Shown piece by piece: positions 22,758-34,024 of a stretch of 64,000 nucleotides of DNA (the first letter of the stretch is position 1; every line of letters begins with the position of its first letter). The notes below the pieces were generated by a model. It searched no databases, was not told the DNA's origin, and was given only the letters and a program-made list of their open reading frames with translations. The position numbers and the translations under genes were made by a program. The stretch spans positions 173 to 64,172 of the forward strand of contig CACHLW010000005.1 in NCBI GenBank assembly GCA_902580765.1, in the 5' to 3' direction. The stretch comes from an uncultured Alphaproteobacteria bacterium. Its GTDB lineage: Bacteria > Pseudomonadota > Alphaproteobacteria > HIMB59 > GCA-002718135.

Positions 22758-25744
22758 TGATTAACCCTTTGATTCTCAGGATCAATAAATATTGGACTAG
22801 TTATTTCTACTTCAATATTTTCATTTTCCATTGGAGCAATTAAAACACTTCCTTTTTTTTCAAGACCACCTTTGATTAAAGCTAAAGCAAAAGAGCTTTT
22901 TAAATTAGGTGAATAGTAACTAGAGGTCACGTGACCAACCATTTTCATAGGTAGAGCAGTTATTTCTTCAACCAATTGAGATCCTTCTTCAAGAACCTTA
23001 TTTGGATCTTTAGTTCTTAATCCAACTAATTGTTTCCTATCTTTTTTAATAGTATCACTTCTATATAATGCCCTTTTACCAATAAAATCATATTTCTTCT
23101 TACTAACTATCCAGTCCATATCCAGATCTACTGGTGTCACTGATCCATCTGTTTCTTGACCAACAATAATAAATCCTTTTTCAGCACGAAGTACATGCAT
23201 CGCTTCAGTACCATATGGCGTAATATTAAATTCCTTACCTTTATCTATACAAAGTTCCCAAAGATTTTTAGCATAGCCAGATGGTACATTTATTTCATAA
23301 CACATTTCCCCAGTAAAACTTATACGCATGACTCTACATTTTATTCCATTAATATTAATATTCTTAAAACTCATATGAGGAAAATTTTCTTTTGAAAAAT
23401 CAAAATCTGGAACTAATTTTTGCATTAGTTTTTTTGAATTTGGGCCATTTAAGCTTATCGTTCCATAATTTTCTGTTACGGATGTTAAATATACTTCTAA
23501 CTCTGGCCATTCTGTTTGCAACCAATCTTCTAATTTTGACATTACTGATGCCGCATTTCCTGTAGTTGTTGACATAAGATAGTGATACTCATCTAATCTA
23601 GTTGTTACACCATCATCAATAACCATTCCATCGTCACCTAACATTACACCATATCGACATTTTCCAATTTCTAATTTTGACCATGAATTTGTGTAAACTC
23701 TATTTAAAAATTCACTTACATCTCTTCCCTTAATATCAATTTTACCAAGAGTTGATGCATCTAATATTCCTAGACTATCTCTAGTTGCTTTTACCTCTCT
23801 ATTTAAAGCAGATTGAAAACTTTCATTTTTTTGAGGATAATACCAGGCTCTTTTCCATTGGCCTACGTCCTCAAATAAAGCTTTATTATCAATATGCCAT
23901 TGATGCATTGGGCTTGTTCTCTCTAAATCAAAAAATTCTTTAACATGACGTCCAGCAATTGCTCCAAATGTCACTGGCTTATAAGGTAAACGAAATGTTG
24001 TCGTACCTAATTCAGAGATTTCAGTATTTGTTAACTCTGATATTATTCCAAGTGCATTAACATTACTGGTCTTACCTTGATCAGTTGCCATTCCTGTAGT
24101 TGTATAACGTTTGACATGCTCAATTGATTGAAAACCCTCTTTTAAAGCTAATTTAATATCTTTTGCTGTTACATCGTTTTGGAAATCTACAAACATTTTT
24201 GTTCGTGAGATATTTTTCTTTGATGTAATCCAAACATTTTCGTGTTTGCCGTGCTTTAGATCATCTGATTTGTAGTTTACTTCGCTAAGTTCATTTTGCT
24301 GATTATCATTTAAATATTTATATGTATCTTCTTGAGTTTTTAATAATATTTCATTTAAATTATAATTACCATTGCAACTTCCAACACACAATGTATCTTG
24401 ATAAACTTCATTAGGAATAAAACTTCCATCTACATCTCTAAATTTAAGTTTTCCTTTTGATTGAGTAAATAAATGAACAGTTGGAGTCCAACCACCACCA
24501 ATTGCTAAAAGATCGCATTTAATATTAATAGAAGATTTTTCATTATTGTTTTCAGTTTTTATTTTTCTTAATTTAACTTCTCTAATTTTTAATCTTCCAA
24601 CAGTATCACTAATTTCATAACCTCTTAGTATAGTAATACCTAATTTATTTGCTTTTTTTGGGTAATATCCATCACTACTATCTCTTGTATCGACAATAGC
24701 CTCTACTTTTATACCTTGTTTAAAAAAATCTATTGCAGTTTCATAGGCACTATCATTGTTTGTAAAAAAAACTAAGTTTTTTCCAGGTGCAACTCCATAC
24801 TTATTTAAGTATTTTTTTGCACTGTTAGAAAGCATAATTCCAGGCCTGTCATTATTGTTAAATATTATTGGTCGTTCAATTGCGCCAGTTGCTAAAATAA
24901 CTTTCTTTGATCTAATTTTCCAAATTCTTTCTTTAATATCATTTTTTTTATTTAAACCTTTTTCTGGATCAATTTCTTGCACTGCTAGTAATAAATTATA
25001 ATTCAAGTATGCAAAACAAGTTGTGTTTTTAACTATTTTTACATTTGAATTTTTAGAAAGTTTATCAACTAATTTATTTTTCCATTCATTAATCGGTAAA
25101 TTATCAATTTTAATGTCTTGATTTTTTGTAGATAAAATTTCACCACCGAGATCCTCTTCTTGCTCAACTAGTAAAACTTTATAATTTTTATTCGCTGCAA
25201 TTTCTGCTGAAATTAATCCACTTACTCCTGCTCCAACAATTAGAACATCACAATGATAATGAAAATGTTCGTATTTATGGGGATCATCTTTTTTTGGAGA
25301 TTTACCAAGTCCTGCAGCGTGTCTTATAAAAAATTCATATGCTTTCCAAAACTTTGGCGGCCACATAAAGGTCTTGTAATAAAACCCTGCAGGAAAAAAT
25401 GGGGATAGTAAATCATTTATAGCGCCAGCATCAAATTTCACTGACGGCCAATTATTTTGACTAAAAGCTTTTAACCCATCATATATCTGGACTTCAGTTA
25501 CTCTTCTATTAGGCTCGGTATATTCTTTGGTCTCAAGCTGAACTATTCCATTAGGCTCTTCACTACCTGCGGTATAAATTCCCCGCGGTCGATGATATTT
25601 AAAACTTCTTCCAACTAAATGAACATCATTTGCAAGAAGTGCAGAAGCTAGCGTGTCACCTTCAAATCCAAAATATTCTTTATTATCAAAATAGAACCTA
25701 ACAGACTTATTATTTTCTAGATTTTTATTATTTTTGTATCGCAT
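22754..25744 (-). CDS. soxA: Sarcosine oxidase alpha subunit
   Basis: GDTLASALLAN, GRSFKYHRPRG, GFYYKTF, EHVKRYTTTGMATDQGK and DASTLGKI. Confidence 0.96.
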   Translation of the reverse strand: MRYKNNKNLENNKSVRFYFDNKEYFGFEGDTLASALLANDVHLVGRSFKYHRPRGIYTAGSEEPNGIVQLETKEYTEPNRRVTEVQIYDGLKAFSQNNWPSVKFDAGAINDLLSPFFPAGFYYKTFMWPPKFWKAYEFFIRHAAGLGKSPKKDDPHKYEHFHYHCDVLIVGAGVSGLISAEIAANKNYKVLLVEQEEDLGGEILSTKNQDIKIDNLPINEWKNKLVDKLSKNSNVKIVKNTTCFAYLNYNLLLAVQEIDPEKGLNKKNDIKERIWKIRSKKVILATGAIERPIIFNNNDRPGIMLSNSAKKYLNKYGVAPGKNLVFFTNNDSAYETAIDFFKQGIKVEAIVDTRDSSDGYYPKKANKLGITILRGYEISDTVGRLKIREVKLRKIKTENNNEKSSINIKCDLLAIGGGWTPTVHLFTQSKGKLKFRDVDGSFIPNEVYQDTLCVGSCNGNYNLNEILLKTQEDTYKYLNDNQQNELSEVNYKSDDLKHGKHENVWITSKKNISRTKMFVDFQNDVTAKDIKLALKEGFQSIEHVKRYTTTGMATDQGKTSNVNALGIISELTNTEISELGTTTFRLPYKPVTFGAIAGRHVKEFFDLERTSPMHQWHIDNKALFEDVGQWKRAWYYPQKNESFQSALNREVKATRDSLGILDASTLGKIDIKGRDVSEFLNRVYTNSWSKLEIGKCRYGVMLGDDGMVIDDGVTTRLDEYHYLMSTTTGNAASVMSKLEDWLQTEWPELEVYLTSVTENYGTISLNGPNSKKLMQKLVPDFDFSKENFPHMSFKNININGIKCRVMRISFTGEMCYEINVPSGYAKNLWELCIDKGKEFNITPYGTEAMHVLRAEKGFIIVGQETDGSVTPVDLDMDWIVSKKKYDFIGKRALYRSDTIKKDRKQLVGLRTKDPNKVLEEGSQLVEEITALPMKMVGHVTSSYYSPNLKSSFALALIKGGLEKKGSVLIAPMENENIEVEITSPIFIDPENQRVNQ

Positions 25745-25752
25745 CTTTATTT

Positions 25753-26109
25753 TTAAAACCTATCTTTCTTTGATGTTGATAAATTCCCTGATCCAATACT
25801 TGGCTCACCTGAAGGAGTAGCTGGAATATTTGCTTTTAATATGGGAGGAGCTTCTCCCATTTTATATACTGCAAGAATTTCATCGGTTGCTGTATTTCTT
25901 GCTAAATTAAACCATTGTCTGCATCCATATTCATGGTTCCATCTTTCATAATGAATACCTTTTTCGTTCTTTCGCAAGAATAAATATTCTGCCCATTGAT
26001 CATCAGAGAGTTCAGGAGGATTTTTTGGTCTTGCAATATGCGCTTCACCTCCACAAGAAAATTCAGCTTGATCTCTTTCTCCACAGTATGGGCAATTTAT
26101 TAAAAACAT
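25753..26109 (-). CDS. soxD: Sarcosine oxidase delta subunit
   Basis: CPYCGER..EF..GGEAH...W.H..GC..WFN..R.T Zn-binding pattern. Confidence 0.95.
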   Translation of the reverse strand: MFLINCPYCGERDQAEFSCGGEAHIARPKNPPELSDDQWAEYLFLRKNEKGIHYERWNHEYGCRQWFNLARNTATDEILAVYKMGEAPPILKANIPATPSGEPSIGSGNLSTSKKDRF

Positions 26110-26112
26110 GAT

Positions 26113-27372
26113 TTAATGTGCTACGGCAGCTGCACCATGTTCATCAACTAATTCACCACTAGAAAATCTATTTATTGTAAAAGGAGCATTTAATTCATGT
26201 GCTTGATCATTAGCTATAGTGTGAGCAAATACCCAACCTGAACCAGGTGTTGCTTTAAAACCACCAGTTCCCCAACCACAATTAAAATATAATCCATTTA
26301 TGTGCGTCTTACTGATAATGGGGCTTGCATCAGGACAAATGTCTACAATTCCTCCCCAATGACGAAGCATTTTCATTCTAGAAAATATTGGAAACAATTC
26401 AACTATTGCCATTAATGTATCTTCAACAATGTTAAAGCCACCTCTTTGAGTATATGAAGTGTATCCATCTGTTCCAGCACCAATAACTAGTTCTCCTTTA
26501 TCTGACTGAGATACATACGCATGAATTGTATTGGACATTACTACAGTATCAATGACTGGTTTTACTGGTTCTGAAACTAGTGCTTGTAATGGTTTACTCT
26601 CCAAAGGTAATTTGATACCCGCCATATTGGCAATAACACTGGTATGCCCTGCAGCAGCTATTCCAATTTTATTTGAATTAATGTTTCCTTTTGTTGTTTC
26701 AATACCAGTTACATTTCCATTTTTTACATTAATACCAGTTACTTCACAATTTTGAATTATATCAACTCCCATTTCATCAGCTCCTCTTGCATAACCCCAT
26801 GCAACAGCATCATGTCTTGCAGTTCCTGCTCTTCTTTGCAGCGTTGCTCCTAAAACAGGGTATCTAATGTTTGGTGAAGTATTTATTATTGGACAAAATT
26901 CTTTAACTTTCTTTGTATCAAGCCATTCACAATCGATATCATTTAGTCTGTTTGCATGCCACCGTCTTTTTAATTCTCTTACATCATGAAGATTATGAGC
27001 AACATTCAAAACTCCTCTTTGAGAAAACATTACGTTGTAATTTAATTCTTGAGACATACCTTCCCAAAGTTTTAATGCATGCTCGTATAAAGCTGCACTT
27101 TGATCCCATAAATAGTTTGATCTAATTATTGTGGTATTTCGCCCTGTATTCCCACCGCCTATCCAACCTTTTTCAATTACTGCAATATTATTAACTCCAT
27201 GGTTTTTTGCTAGATAGTAAGCAGTAGTTAAACCGTGTCCACCACCACCGACAATTATTACATCATAATTTTTTTTTGGCTCAGGACTATTCCACGTCTT
27301 TTGCCAATTCTCATGATGATTTAAAGCATTTCTAGCAATAGATAGAAATGAGTATTTATTTTTATTAAACAT
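26113..27372 (-). CDS. soxB: Sarcosine oxidase beta subunit
   Basis: [43 protein letters not shown] and EHGAAAVAH. Confidence 0.97.
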   Translation of the reverse strand: MFNKNKYSFLSIARNALNHHENWQKTWNSPEPKKNYDVIIVGGGGHGLTTAYYLAKNHGVNNIAVIEKGWIGGGNTGRNTTIIRSNYLWDQSAALYEHALKLWEGMSQELNYNVMFSQRGVLNVAHNLHDVRELKRRWHANRLNDIDCEWLDTKKVKEFCPIINTSPNIRYPVLGATLQRRAGTARHDAVAWGYARGADEMGVDIIQNCEVTGINVKNGNVTGIETTKGNINSNKIGIAAAGHTSVIANMAGIKLPLESKPLQALVSEPVKPVIDTVVMSNTIHAYVSQSDKGELVIGAGTDGYTSYTQRGGFNIVEDTLMAIVELFPIFSRMKMLRHWGGIVDICPDASPIISKTHINGLYFNCGWGTGGFKATPGSGWVFAHTIANDQAHELNAPFTINRFSSGELVDEHGAAAVAH

Positions 27373-27392
27373 TATAACTCTTTATAGCAGTT

Positions 27393-29066
27393 TTAAAAAA
27401 GACCTTCAATTTCTCCATGGTCATTTAGCTTTATCGAATTTGCCGCAGGAACACTTGGTAGACCCGGCATGGTCATAATATCTCCGCAAACAACTACTAT
27501 AAATTCTGCTCCTGATGACAATCTTACCTCTCTAATAGGTAAAACGTGGCCAGTAGGAGCGCCTTTTAAATTAGGGTCAGTTGAAAAACTATATTGAGTC
27601 TTTGCAATGCAAACAGGTAATTTGCCAAATCCTTTAGTTTCAAAATCCTTCAATTGTTGACGTACTTTCGTGTCTGCCACAACTTCACTTGCGTGATAAA
27701 TCTCTTGTGCAATTTTTTCTATTTTTTTGAATAGAGTTAAGTCATCTTCATATAAAAATTTAAATGTATTCTTATTATCTTCACAAATATCTATTACATT
27801 TTGAGCTAATTCAGTTGCACCATCACCACCATCGGACCAGTGAGTACACATAGAAGCCTTGACTCCTTGAGTTGTACAAAAACTTAGAACGGCATCAACT
27901 TCAGCTTTAGAATCAGTGACAAAATGATTAATAGCAACAGTTACTGGTAATCCAAATTTTCTAATATTATTAATATGTCTTTCTAGATTTACTAAACCTT
28001 TTTTAAGAGCATTTACATTTTCATTTTTTAAATCTTCTTTTGAAACATCGCCATGCATTTTTAGTGCTCTAATTGTAGCTACCAAAACCACACAATCAGG
28101 TTTTAAATTTGATTTTCTACATTTTATATCAAGGAATTTTTCTGCTCCTAGATCGGCTCCAAAGCCTGCTTCAGTTACAACGTAATCACTTAATTTTAAA
28201 CTAGCTTTAGTTGCAATTACAGAATTGCAACCATGAGCAATATTTGCAAATGGCCCACCATGAATTATAGCAGGATTATTTTCTAGAGTTTGTGTTATGT
28301 TGGGCCTAATGGCATCTTTTAATAATACTGTCATTGGACCTTCTGCCTTTAAATCTTTTGCATAAATAGATTTTTTGTCTCGTGTATAAGCAATAGTTAT
28401 ATTTCCAATTCTCTCTTCAAGATCTTTTAAATCTTTTGCTAAGCAGAAAATTGCCATTATCTCCGATGCAACAGTAATATCAAAACCATCTTGTCTAGGA
28501 TATCCATTTGCAACTCCTCCTAAATCAACAACAATAGATCTAAGTGATCTATCATTCATATCCATTACTCTCTTCCAAACAACCCTTCTAACATCAATAT
28601 TTAATTTATTTCCCCAGTAGATATGATTATCAATCAATGCAGAAAGTAAATTATGAGCGGATGTAATTGCATGAAAATCTCCAGTAAAATGTAAATTAAT
28701 TTGCTCCATTGGTACTACTTGAGCATAGCCTCCACCAGCTGCACCACCTTTCATACCGAATGATGGTCCAAGACTCGGCTCTCTTAAACAAACTATTGAT
28801 TTCTTTCCTAGTTTATTAAGACCATCACTTAATCCAACTGAAGTTGTTGTTTTACCTTCTCCTGCTGGTGTTGGAGTTATTGCTGAGACTAGAACAAGTT
28901 TACCGTCTTTATTTTTATTAAGTGACTCTATGTACTCCAAGTTTATTTTTGCTATATGACGACCCATAGGACTGAAGGCTTCAGGTGTGTCTGGTACATC
29001 AAGCCCTTTTAGAATTTCACTAATAGGCTTCATTTTAGCTTTTCTTGCTATTTCAATATCTGACAT
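27393..29066 (-). CDS. fhs: Formate--tetrahydrofolate ligase
   Basis: [41 protein letters not shown] and AKTQYSFS; RBS AGGAG. Confidence 0.98.
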   Translation of the reverse strand: MSDIEIARKAKMKPISEILKGLDVPDTPEAFSPMGRHIAKINLEYIESLNKNKDGKLVLVSAITPTPAGEGKTTTSVGLSDGLNKLGKKSIVCLREPSLGPSFGMKGGAAGGGYAQVVPMEQINLHFTGDFHAITSAHNLLSALIDNHIYWGNKLNIDVRRVVWKRVMDMNDRSLRSIVVDLGGVANGYPRQDGFDITVASEIMAIFCLAKDLKDLEERIGNITIAYTRDKKSIYAKDLKAEGPMTVLLKDAIRPNITQTLENNPAIIHGGPFANIAHGCNSVIATKASLKLSDYVVTEAGFGADLGAEKFLDIKCRKSNLKPDCVVLVATIRALKMHGDVSKEDLKNENVNALKKGLVNLERHINNIRKFGLPVTVAINHFVTDSKAEVDAVLSFCTTQGVKASMCTHWSDGGDGATELAQNVIDICEDNKNTFKFLYEDDLTLFKKIEKIAQEIYHASEVVADTKVRQQLKDFETKGFGKLPVCIAKTQYSFSTDPNLKGAPTGHVLPIREVRLSSGAEFIVVVCGDIMTMPGLPSVPAANSIKLNDHGEIEGLF

Positions 29067-29159
29067 GAGGCTCCTTAATTATTAGATTCCTAATCTATAA
29101 ATTAACTTAAATATCAAACAACTTTTGTTTCATTAAAAGATAAAAAAATTGTGAAGAAG

Positions 29160-30053
29160 CTAATTTAACTCGAATTTCTGTTTATTATTATAAGAAAAAT
29201 CTGAGTTATTAAATTGATTTAACCACTCTGATGTTTTTTTCATACCACCAAAAGCATAGAAGTGTATTTTTTCAAGTTTAGAGTCTTTGTTTATTTTACT
29301 ATGTTCAGCAAGATCATAAATTAATTTGTCAGGAGTGCTCAATGTTGCAAGTTTAGTTAAGTTAAAAGCCTGTTTTGTAATAAATCTTAAAGAATTTCCA
29401 ATACCGCAAGACCTTGCATAATTAACTAATGTTTTAATAGAGGCAGGACCTGGTATCCCAGCGTGGATTGGTAGTTTATTTCCAATTTTTTCTAAATGTT
29501 TTTCCCAGTCTATTAAAGATTTAGCTTCAAAAAAAAATTGTGTTGCTAAATACATTTTAAAATCAACATTTTTTGCAAAATCATTCTTCTGTTTAATTGC
29601 TAAATCTAAATTTTCATTTGAAATATCTGGGCTTCCTTCGGGATGTCCAGCCACACCTACAAATTGATAATTATATTTTGAAAGAAAATCTGTTTTTAAA
29701 ACATCAATTGAGGAAGAGATTTCGCCAGCTTGATTTCCACCACCACCAATAATTAACATTTTTGAACACCCAGATTCATTTGCAAGTTCACCAATATATT
29801 TTTCTAAGTCATTTTTATTTACAATAGTTCTAGCAGGTAAATGAGGTATAACATCATAACCTTCTAATTTTAATTTTTTTGCCGTTCTAATAACATTTTT
29901 TGAATTTTCATCTGGTAAATAAGTTATATAAACGTCATGATTTTTATTAAGAAATTCAGAAAAGCCTCCATATTTTTCATAAACATTTGGAGTTGTTTCT
30001 ATAGAATAACTATTGAGAAAATTTTTAACAATATTAATGGTTTCTTTAGACAT
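29160..30053 (-). CDS. metF: Methylenetetrahydrofolate reductase-like flavoprotein (divergent MetF class)
   Basis: PHLPAR, VAGHPEG, TQFFFE, GIPGPA and HFYAFGG. Start moved to ATG at 30053 to avoid overlap with the divergent gene. Confidence 0.82.
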   Translation of the reverse strand: MSKETINIVKNFLNSYSIETTPNVYEKYGGFSEFLNKNHDVYITYLPDENSKNVIRTAKKLKLEGYDVIPHLPARTIVNKNDLEKYIGELANESGCSKMLIIGGGGNQAGEISSSIDVLKTDFLSKYNYQFVGVAGHPEGSPDISNENLDLAIKQKNDFAKNVDFKMYLATQFFFEAKSLIDWEKHLEKIGNKLPIHAGIPGPASIKTLVNYARSCGIGNSLRFITKQAFNLTKLATLSTPDKLIYDLAEHSKINKDSKLEKIHFYAFGGMKKTSEWLNQFNNSDFSYNNKQKFELN

Positions 30054-30087
30054 AAATTTTAAAAGTTTTTTTATATTAATTAGATAA

Positions 30088-31023
30088 ATGAACAACAAGT
30101 ACTTTACTATAATTACTTTTTATCAATTCAAAATAATTAAACATAAAAATGATATCATTACTAAACTTAAAGATTTTTGCAAATTTAATAAAATAAAAGG
30201 TACAATATTGATTGCTGATGAAGGCATTAATGGAACAATAGCTGGCTTAGAAAAAAACATAAATTCTTTCATTCTATATCTTGAAAATTTTAATTTTGAG
30301 AAACTTAATCTTAAACGATCAAAATATAAATATATGCCTTTTCAAAAACTAAAAATTAGAAATAAAAATGAAATAGTCACACTCAGAACTAAATTTGCTG
30401 ATCCTACAAAAATATCTGGAAAAAAAGTTAAATACAATGAATGGAATAAACTAATTAAAGACAAAGACACTATTGTGATTGATGTAAGAAATGAATTTGA
30501 GGTTAAAATAGGATCTTTTGAAGGGGCAATTAATCCAAAAACTAAAAGTTTCACTGACTTTAAATCTTTTGTTCAAAAAAAACTAAATAAGTCAAAAGAC
30601 AAAAAAATTGCAATGTTTTGCACTGGAGGTATCAGGTGTGAAAAGGCTTCATCATATATGATGATGAAGGGTTTTAAAAATGTTGCTCAGTTAGACGGAG
30701 GTATACTAAAGTATTTAGAAAAAACTCCAAAAAAAGATTCAATGTGGAATGGTGAATGTTTCGTATTTGATGGAAGAGTATCTTTGAAAAATGAATTAAA
30801 AGATGGAACTTACAAACTTTGTCATGCTTGTCGGATACCCATTAGTATTAAAGATACTTTTAATAAATATTATGAACCAGGTATATCTTGTCACAATTGT
30901 TTTGATAAAACATCTGAAGAAAAGAAAAATAACTTACTTGAAAGAAATAAACAAATTAAACTTGATAAAAAAAGAGGAAATTTTAACCGTTTTATTAAGC
31001 AGTCAATTTCTGATTATGAATAA
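30088..31023 (+). CDS. trhO: tRNA uridine(34) hydroxylase, rhodanese-domain (YceA/TrhO)
   Basis: EGINGT, IDVRN..E...G.F, MFCTGGIRCEKAS, GGILKY and GECFVFD.R. Confidence 0.92.
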   Translation: MNNKYFTIITFYQFKIIKHKNDIITKLKDFCKFNKIKGTILIADEGINGTIAGLEKNINSFILYLENFNFEKLNLKRSKYKYMPFQKLKIRNKNEIVTLRTKFADPTKISGKKVKYNEWNKLIKDKDTIVIDVRNEFEVKIGSFEGAINPKTKSFTDFKSFVQKKLNKSKDKKIAMFCTGGIRCEKASSYMMMKGFKNVAQLDGGILKYLEKTPKKDSMWNGECFVFDGRVSLKNELKDGTYKLCHACRIPISIKDTFNKYYEPGISCHNCFDKTSEEKKNNLLERNKQIKLDKKRGNFNRFIKQSISDYE

Positions 31024-31064
31024 ATAATACTTTATTTCATATAATTATTCTGTATAGACACCTC

Positions 31065-31259
31065 ATGGCAAAAAAAACTTCATTCGCTCTTAAACAACTA
31101 GTACCTGAAGAAAATCCAAAAACAGGAACTAAGTATATTGTAAGAAAACCGACAAAAGGATTGAAAGTTGCTGAAAAGCTTCGAATGAAAAAATATGATC
31201 CTGTCTTAAAAAAACACGTCTGGTTCGTAGAAAAAAAAATGCCTCCTCATAGTAAATAA
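31065..31259 (+). CDS. rpmG: 50S ribosomal protein L33 (atypical, Cys-free)
   Basis: KLRMKKYDPVLKKHVWFVEKK matches the L33 C-terminal signature. Confidence 0.85.
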   Translation: MAKKTSFALKQLVPEENPKTGTKYIVRKPTKGLKVAEKLRMKKYDPVLKKHVWFVEKKMPPHSK

Positions 31260-31305
31260 TAGAATTACCTCTTTAATTTATTCTAAATTAACATAATTTA
31301 AATTC

Positions 31306-32727
31306 ATGGTAGCCACTTATGGAATTCATTGGTTTAGACAAGATTTGCGATTACAAGAAAATCCATCTTTATTGTCACTTTCAAAAAAAGTTGATCAGAT
31401 AATTCCAATTTATATTTTTGATTTAAATCAAAGAATTGGATCCACATCAAAATGGTGGTTAGAAAAATCCTTAATTAGTTTATATGACTCAATACAAAAA
31501 CAAAATGGCAAACTAAATATATTTGCTGGTGATCCAGAGAAAATTATATCTTCAATATTAAAGAATTCAAATGTTAAATATGTATCCTGGAATAGACTAT
31601 ATGATCCATATTCAATTAAAAGAGATACTAAAATTAAATCTATAGTTACCTCATCTAAAATAGAATGCGACTCACACAATGGATATCTTTTAAATGAACC
31701 TTGGAATATTAAAAATAAAAGTGGAACCTTTTTTAAAGTATTTACACCTTACTGGCGACATTGTGATGAGCTACTAAAACTAAAAGATATTAAATTTAAA
31801 AATACAAGAATAAGCTACGCCAATTCAAAATTTAAAAATGAAATAAATATACAAGATTTAAATCTAACAAACAAAAAAGAGCAATGGATCAAAAAAATTG
31901 AAAAATATTGGATACCTGGTGAAAGTAATGCAAAATTACAATTAAAAAAATATATTTCGCAAAAAGCAAATAACTATTCAGTTGGAAGAGATAGACCCGA
32001 TAAAGATTTAACTTCAAAATTATCACCTTATCTTCATTTTGGAGAAATTTCTGCTTTAGAAGTTTATAATACTGTAAATATTGAAAAAAAAATTGATCCT
32101 GAAAATAAAAAAAAATTTCTTGCTGAACTTGGCTGGAGAGATTTTTCTTATAATCTTTTATTTCATTATCCAGATATGACTCATAAACCTATACAAAGTA
32201 AATTTAATAAATTTCCATGGATTAAAAATGCTAAAAATTTATCATTATGGCATAATGGTAAAACTGGTATTCCAATTGTTGATGCTGGAATGAGACAACT
32301 ATATAAAACAGGCTGGATGCATAATAGAGTAAGAATGATTGTAGGGTCGTTTTTAACAAAAAATTTATTGTTACACTGGAAAAATGGAGAAGAGTGGTTT
32401 TTTGATACTTTAGTTGATGCTGACGTTGGGTCTAATTCTGCAGGTTGGCAATGGATCTCTGGTTGTGGTGCTGATGCAAGTCCATATTTTAGAATTTTTA
32501 ATCCAATATTGCAGGGTCAAAAATTTGACCCAGATGGTGATTATGTAAAAGAATTTGTTCCTGAGTTGAATAATATTCCAAAAAAATATATTCATAATCC
32601 TTGGGAGATGTCTATGGAGGATCAAAAGAAATATAATTTTGAGATTGGTACTTCATATCCAACACCAATTGTAGATTTAAAAGAAACAAGAAATAGAGCA
32701 CTATCAGCGTTTAAAACTATTAGTTGA
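31306..32727 (+). CDS. phrB: Deoxyribodipyrimidine photolyase (CPD class I/III type)
   Basis: WFRQDLRL, TSKLSPYLHFGEIS, WRDF, TGWMHNRVRM, GWQW and YFRIFNP..Q..KFDP. Confidence 0.93.
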   Translation: MVATYGIHWFRQDLRLQENPSLLSLSKKVDQIIPIYIFDLNQRIGSTSKWWLEKSLISLYDSIQKQNGKLNIFAGDPEKIISSILKNSNVKYVSWNRLYDPYSIKRDTKIKSIVTSSKIECDSHNGYLLNEPWNIKNKSGTFFKVFTPYWRHCDELLKLKDIKFKNTRISYANSKFKNEINIQDLNLTNKKEQWIKKIEKYWIPGESNAKLQLKKYISQKANNYSVGRDRPDKDLTSKLSPYLHFGEISALEVYNTVNIEKKIDPENKKKFLAELGWRDFSYNLLFHYPDMTHKPIQSKFNKFPWIKNAKNLSLWHNGKTGIPIVDAGMRQLYKTGWMHNRVRMIVGSFLTKNLLLHWKNGEEWFFDTLVDADVGSNSAGWQWISGCGADASPYFRIFNPILQGQKFDPDGDYVKEFVPELNNIPKKYIHNPWEMSMEDQKKYNFEIGTSYPTPIVDLKETRNRALSAFKTIS

Positions 32728-32728
32728 T

Positions 32729-34024
32729 GTGAGAGAAAAAATAGCAATTATTGGTTCTGGTATCTCAGGAATAAGTGCAGCTTACCTTTTGTCTTCTAAA
32801 TATGATGTTTATTTATTTGAAAAAAATAATAGATTGGGGGGACATACAAGAACTATTTATGTTGAAGAATCAACAAAGACAATCCCAGTCGATACAGGGT
32901 TTATTGTATTCAATGAAAATAATTATCCAGATTTAACAAATTTTTTTAAATTACTTGATGTGAAATGCAAAAATTCAGATATGTCTTTTGCCGTCTCAAA
33001 TCAAGATCCTCAAATTGAATATAGTGGCAAAAATATATTTTCTCTTTTTGCTAATTTTAGAAATGTGTTTTCTTTGAATTTTTATAAAATGTTATTTGAA
33101 ATAAGAAAACTCTATTTATTATGTAATAGCTTGAATGTTAGTGATTTAGAGCAAACTAAAACCTTAAATGATTTTTTAAAAACTAATAATTTTTCAACTT
33201 ACCTAATAAATTATCATATTTTACCTATGATATCATCTATATGGTCAAGCAATATAAGTGATGTAAAAAATTTTCCTCTGATAACATTCATTAATTTTTT
33301 TAAAAATCATGCTTTATTTAATTTAAAAAAAAGACCTCAATGGAAATATGTAGAAGGTGGTAGTAATGAATATATAAAAAAAATTATTAATAAAAATGTT
33401 TTTGAGTATGAAACAAATTTCAAAATTAAAAATATTATTAGAGAAAATAATAAAATTAAAATAAAAGATGAGAAAAATAATATATTAGAATTTCATAAGG
33501 TAATATTTGCAACCCATGCAAATCAAGTATTGGATATTCTGGAAAGACCAACAGAAGAAGAAGTAAAAATATTTTCACAATTTAAATATTCAACTAATTC
33601 AGCAATACTTCACTCAGATCACACTTTAATGCCTAAATCAAAAATTGCTTGGTCAAGTTGGAATTTTTTAAATAAGTCATCATCTTCTAAATTTACTTTA
33701 ACTTATTGGATGAATTTATTGCAAAAATTACCAACTAAACAAAATTATTTTGTAACTGTAAATCCATATAAAAAGCCTAAAAACATAATTAACGAAACAT
33801 CATTTAATCATCCAATATATACTACCGATACTATTTTAGCTCAAAAAAATGTTATGGAAATTCAAGGAAAAAATAATACTTTTTTCTGTGGAGCTTACCT
33901 TGGATATGGTTTTCATGAAGACGGCATTCAATCATCCTCTTATATTTGTAAATTGTTAAATTGTGATTTACCTTGGAAGAGAGAGAAAAATTTTTATAAT
34001 AGATTGCAAATTAATTTTAAATGA
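32729..34024 (+). CDS. FAD-dependent oxidoreductase, amine-oxidase-like (RSP1091/UfaD-like)
   Basis: IAIIGSGISG, RLGGHT, VDTGFIVFN..NYP, SDMSF, TYWMNLLQ and GFHEDG; GTG start. Confidence 0.85.
   Translation: MREKIAIIGSGISGISAAYLLSSKYDVYLFEKNNRLGGHTRTIYVEESTKTIPVDTGFIVFNENNYPDLTNFFKLLDVKCKNSDMSFAVSNQDPQIEYSGKNIFSLFANFRNVFSLNFYKMLFEIRKLYLLCNSLNVSDLEQTKTLNDFLKTNNFSTYLINYHILPMISSIWSSNISDVKNFPLITFINFFKNHALFNLKKRPQWKYVEGGSNEYIKKIINKNVFEYETNFKIKNIIRENNKIKIKDEKNNILEFHKVIFATHANQVLDILERPTEEEVKIFSQFKYSTNSAILHSDHTLMPKSKIAWSSWNFLNKSSSSKFTLTYWMNLLQKLPTKQNYFVTVNPYKKPKNIINETSFNHPIYTTDTILAQKNVMEIQGKNNTFFCGAYLGYGFHEDGIQSSSYICKLLNCDLPWKREKNFYNRLQINFK

Noticed and set aside
29067-29159. Possible THF or glycine riboswitch upstream of fhs-soxBDAG
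   Set aside because: Only 93 nt and very AT-rich, with just a weak TAGATT/AATCTA hairpin and no aptamer consensus.
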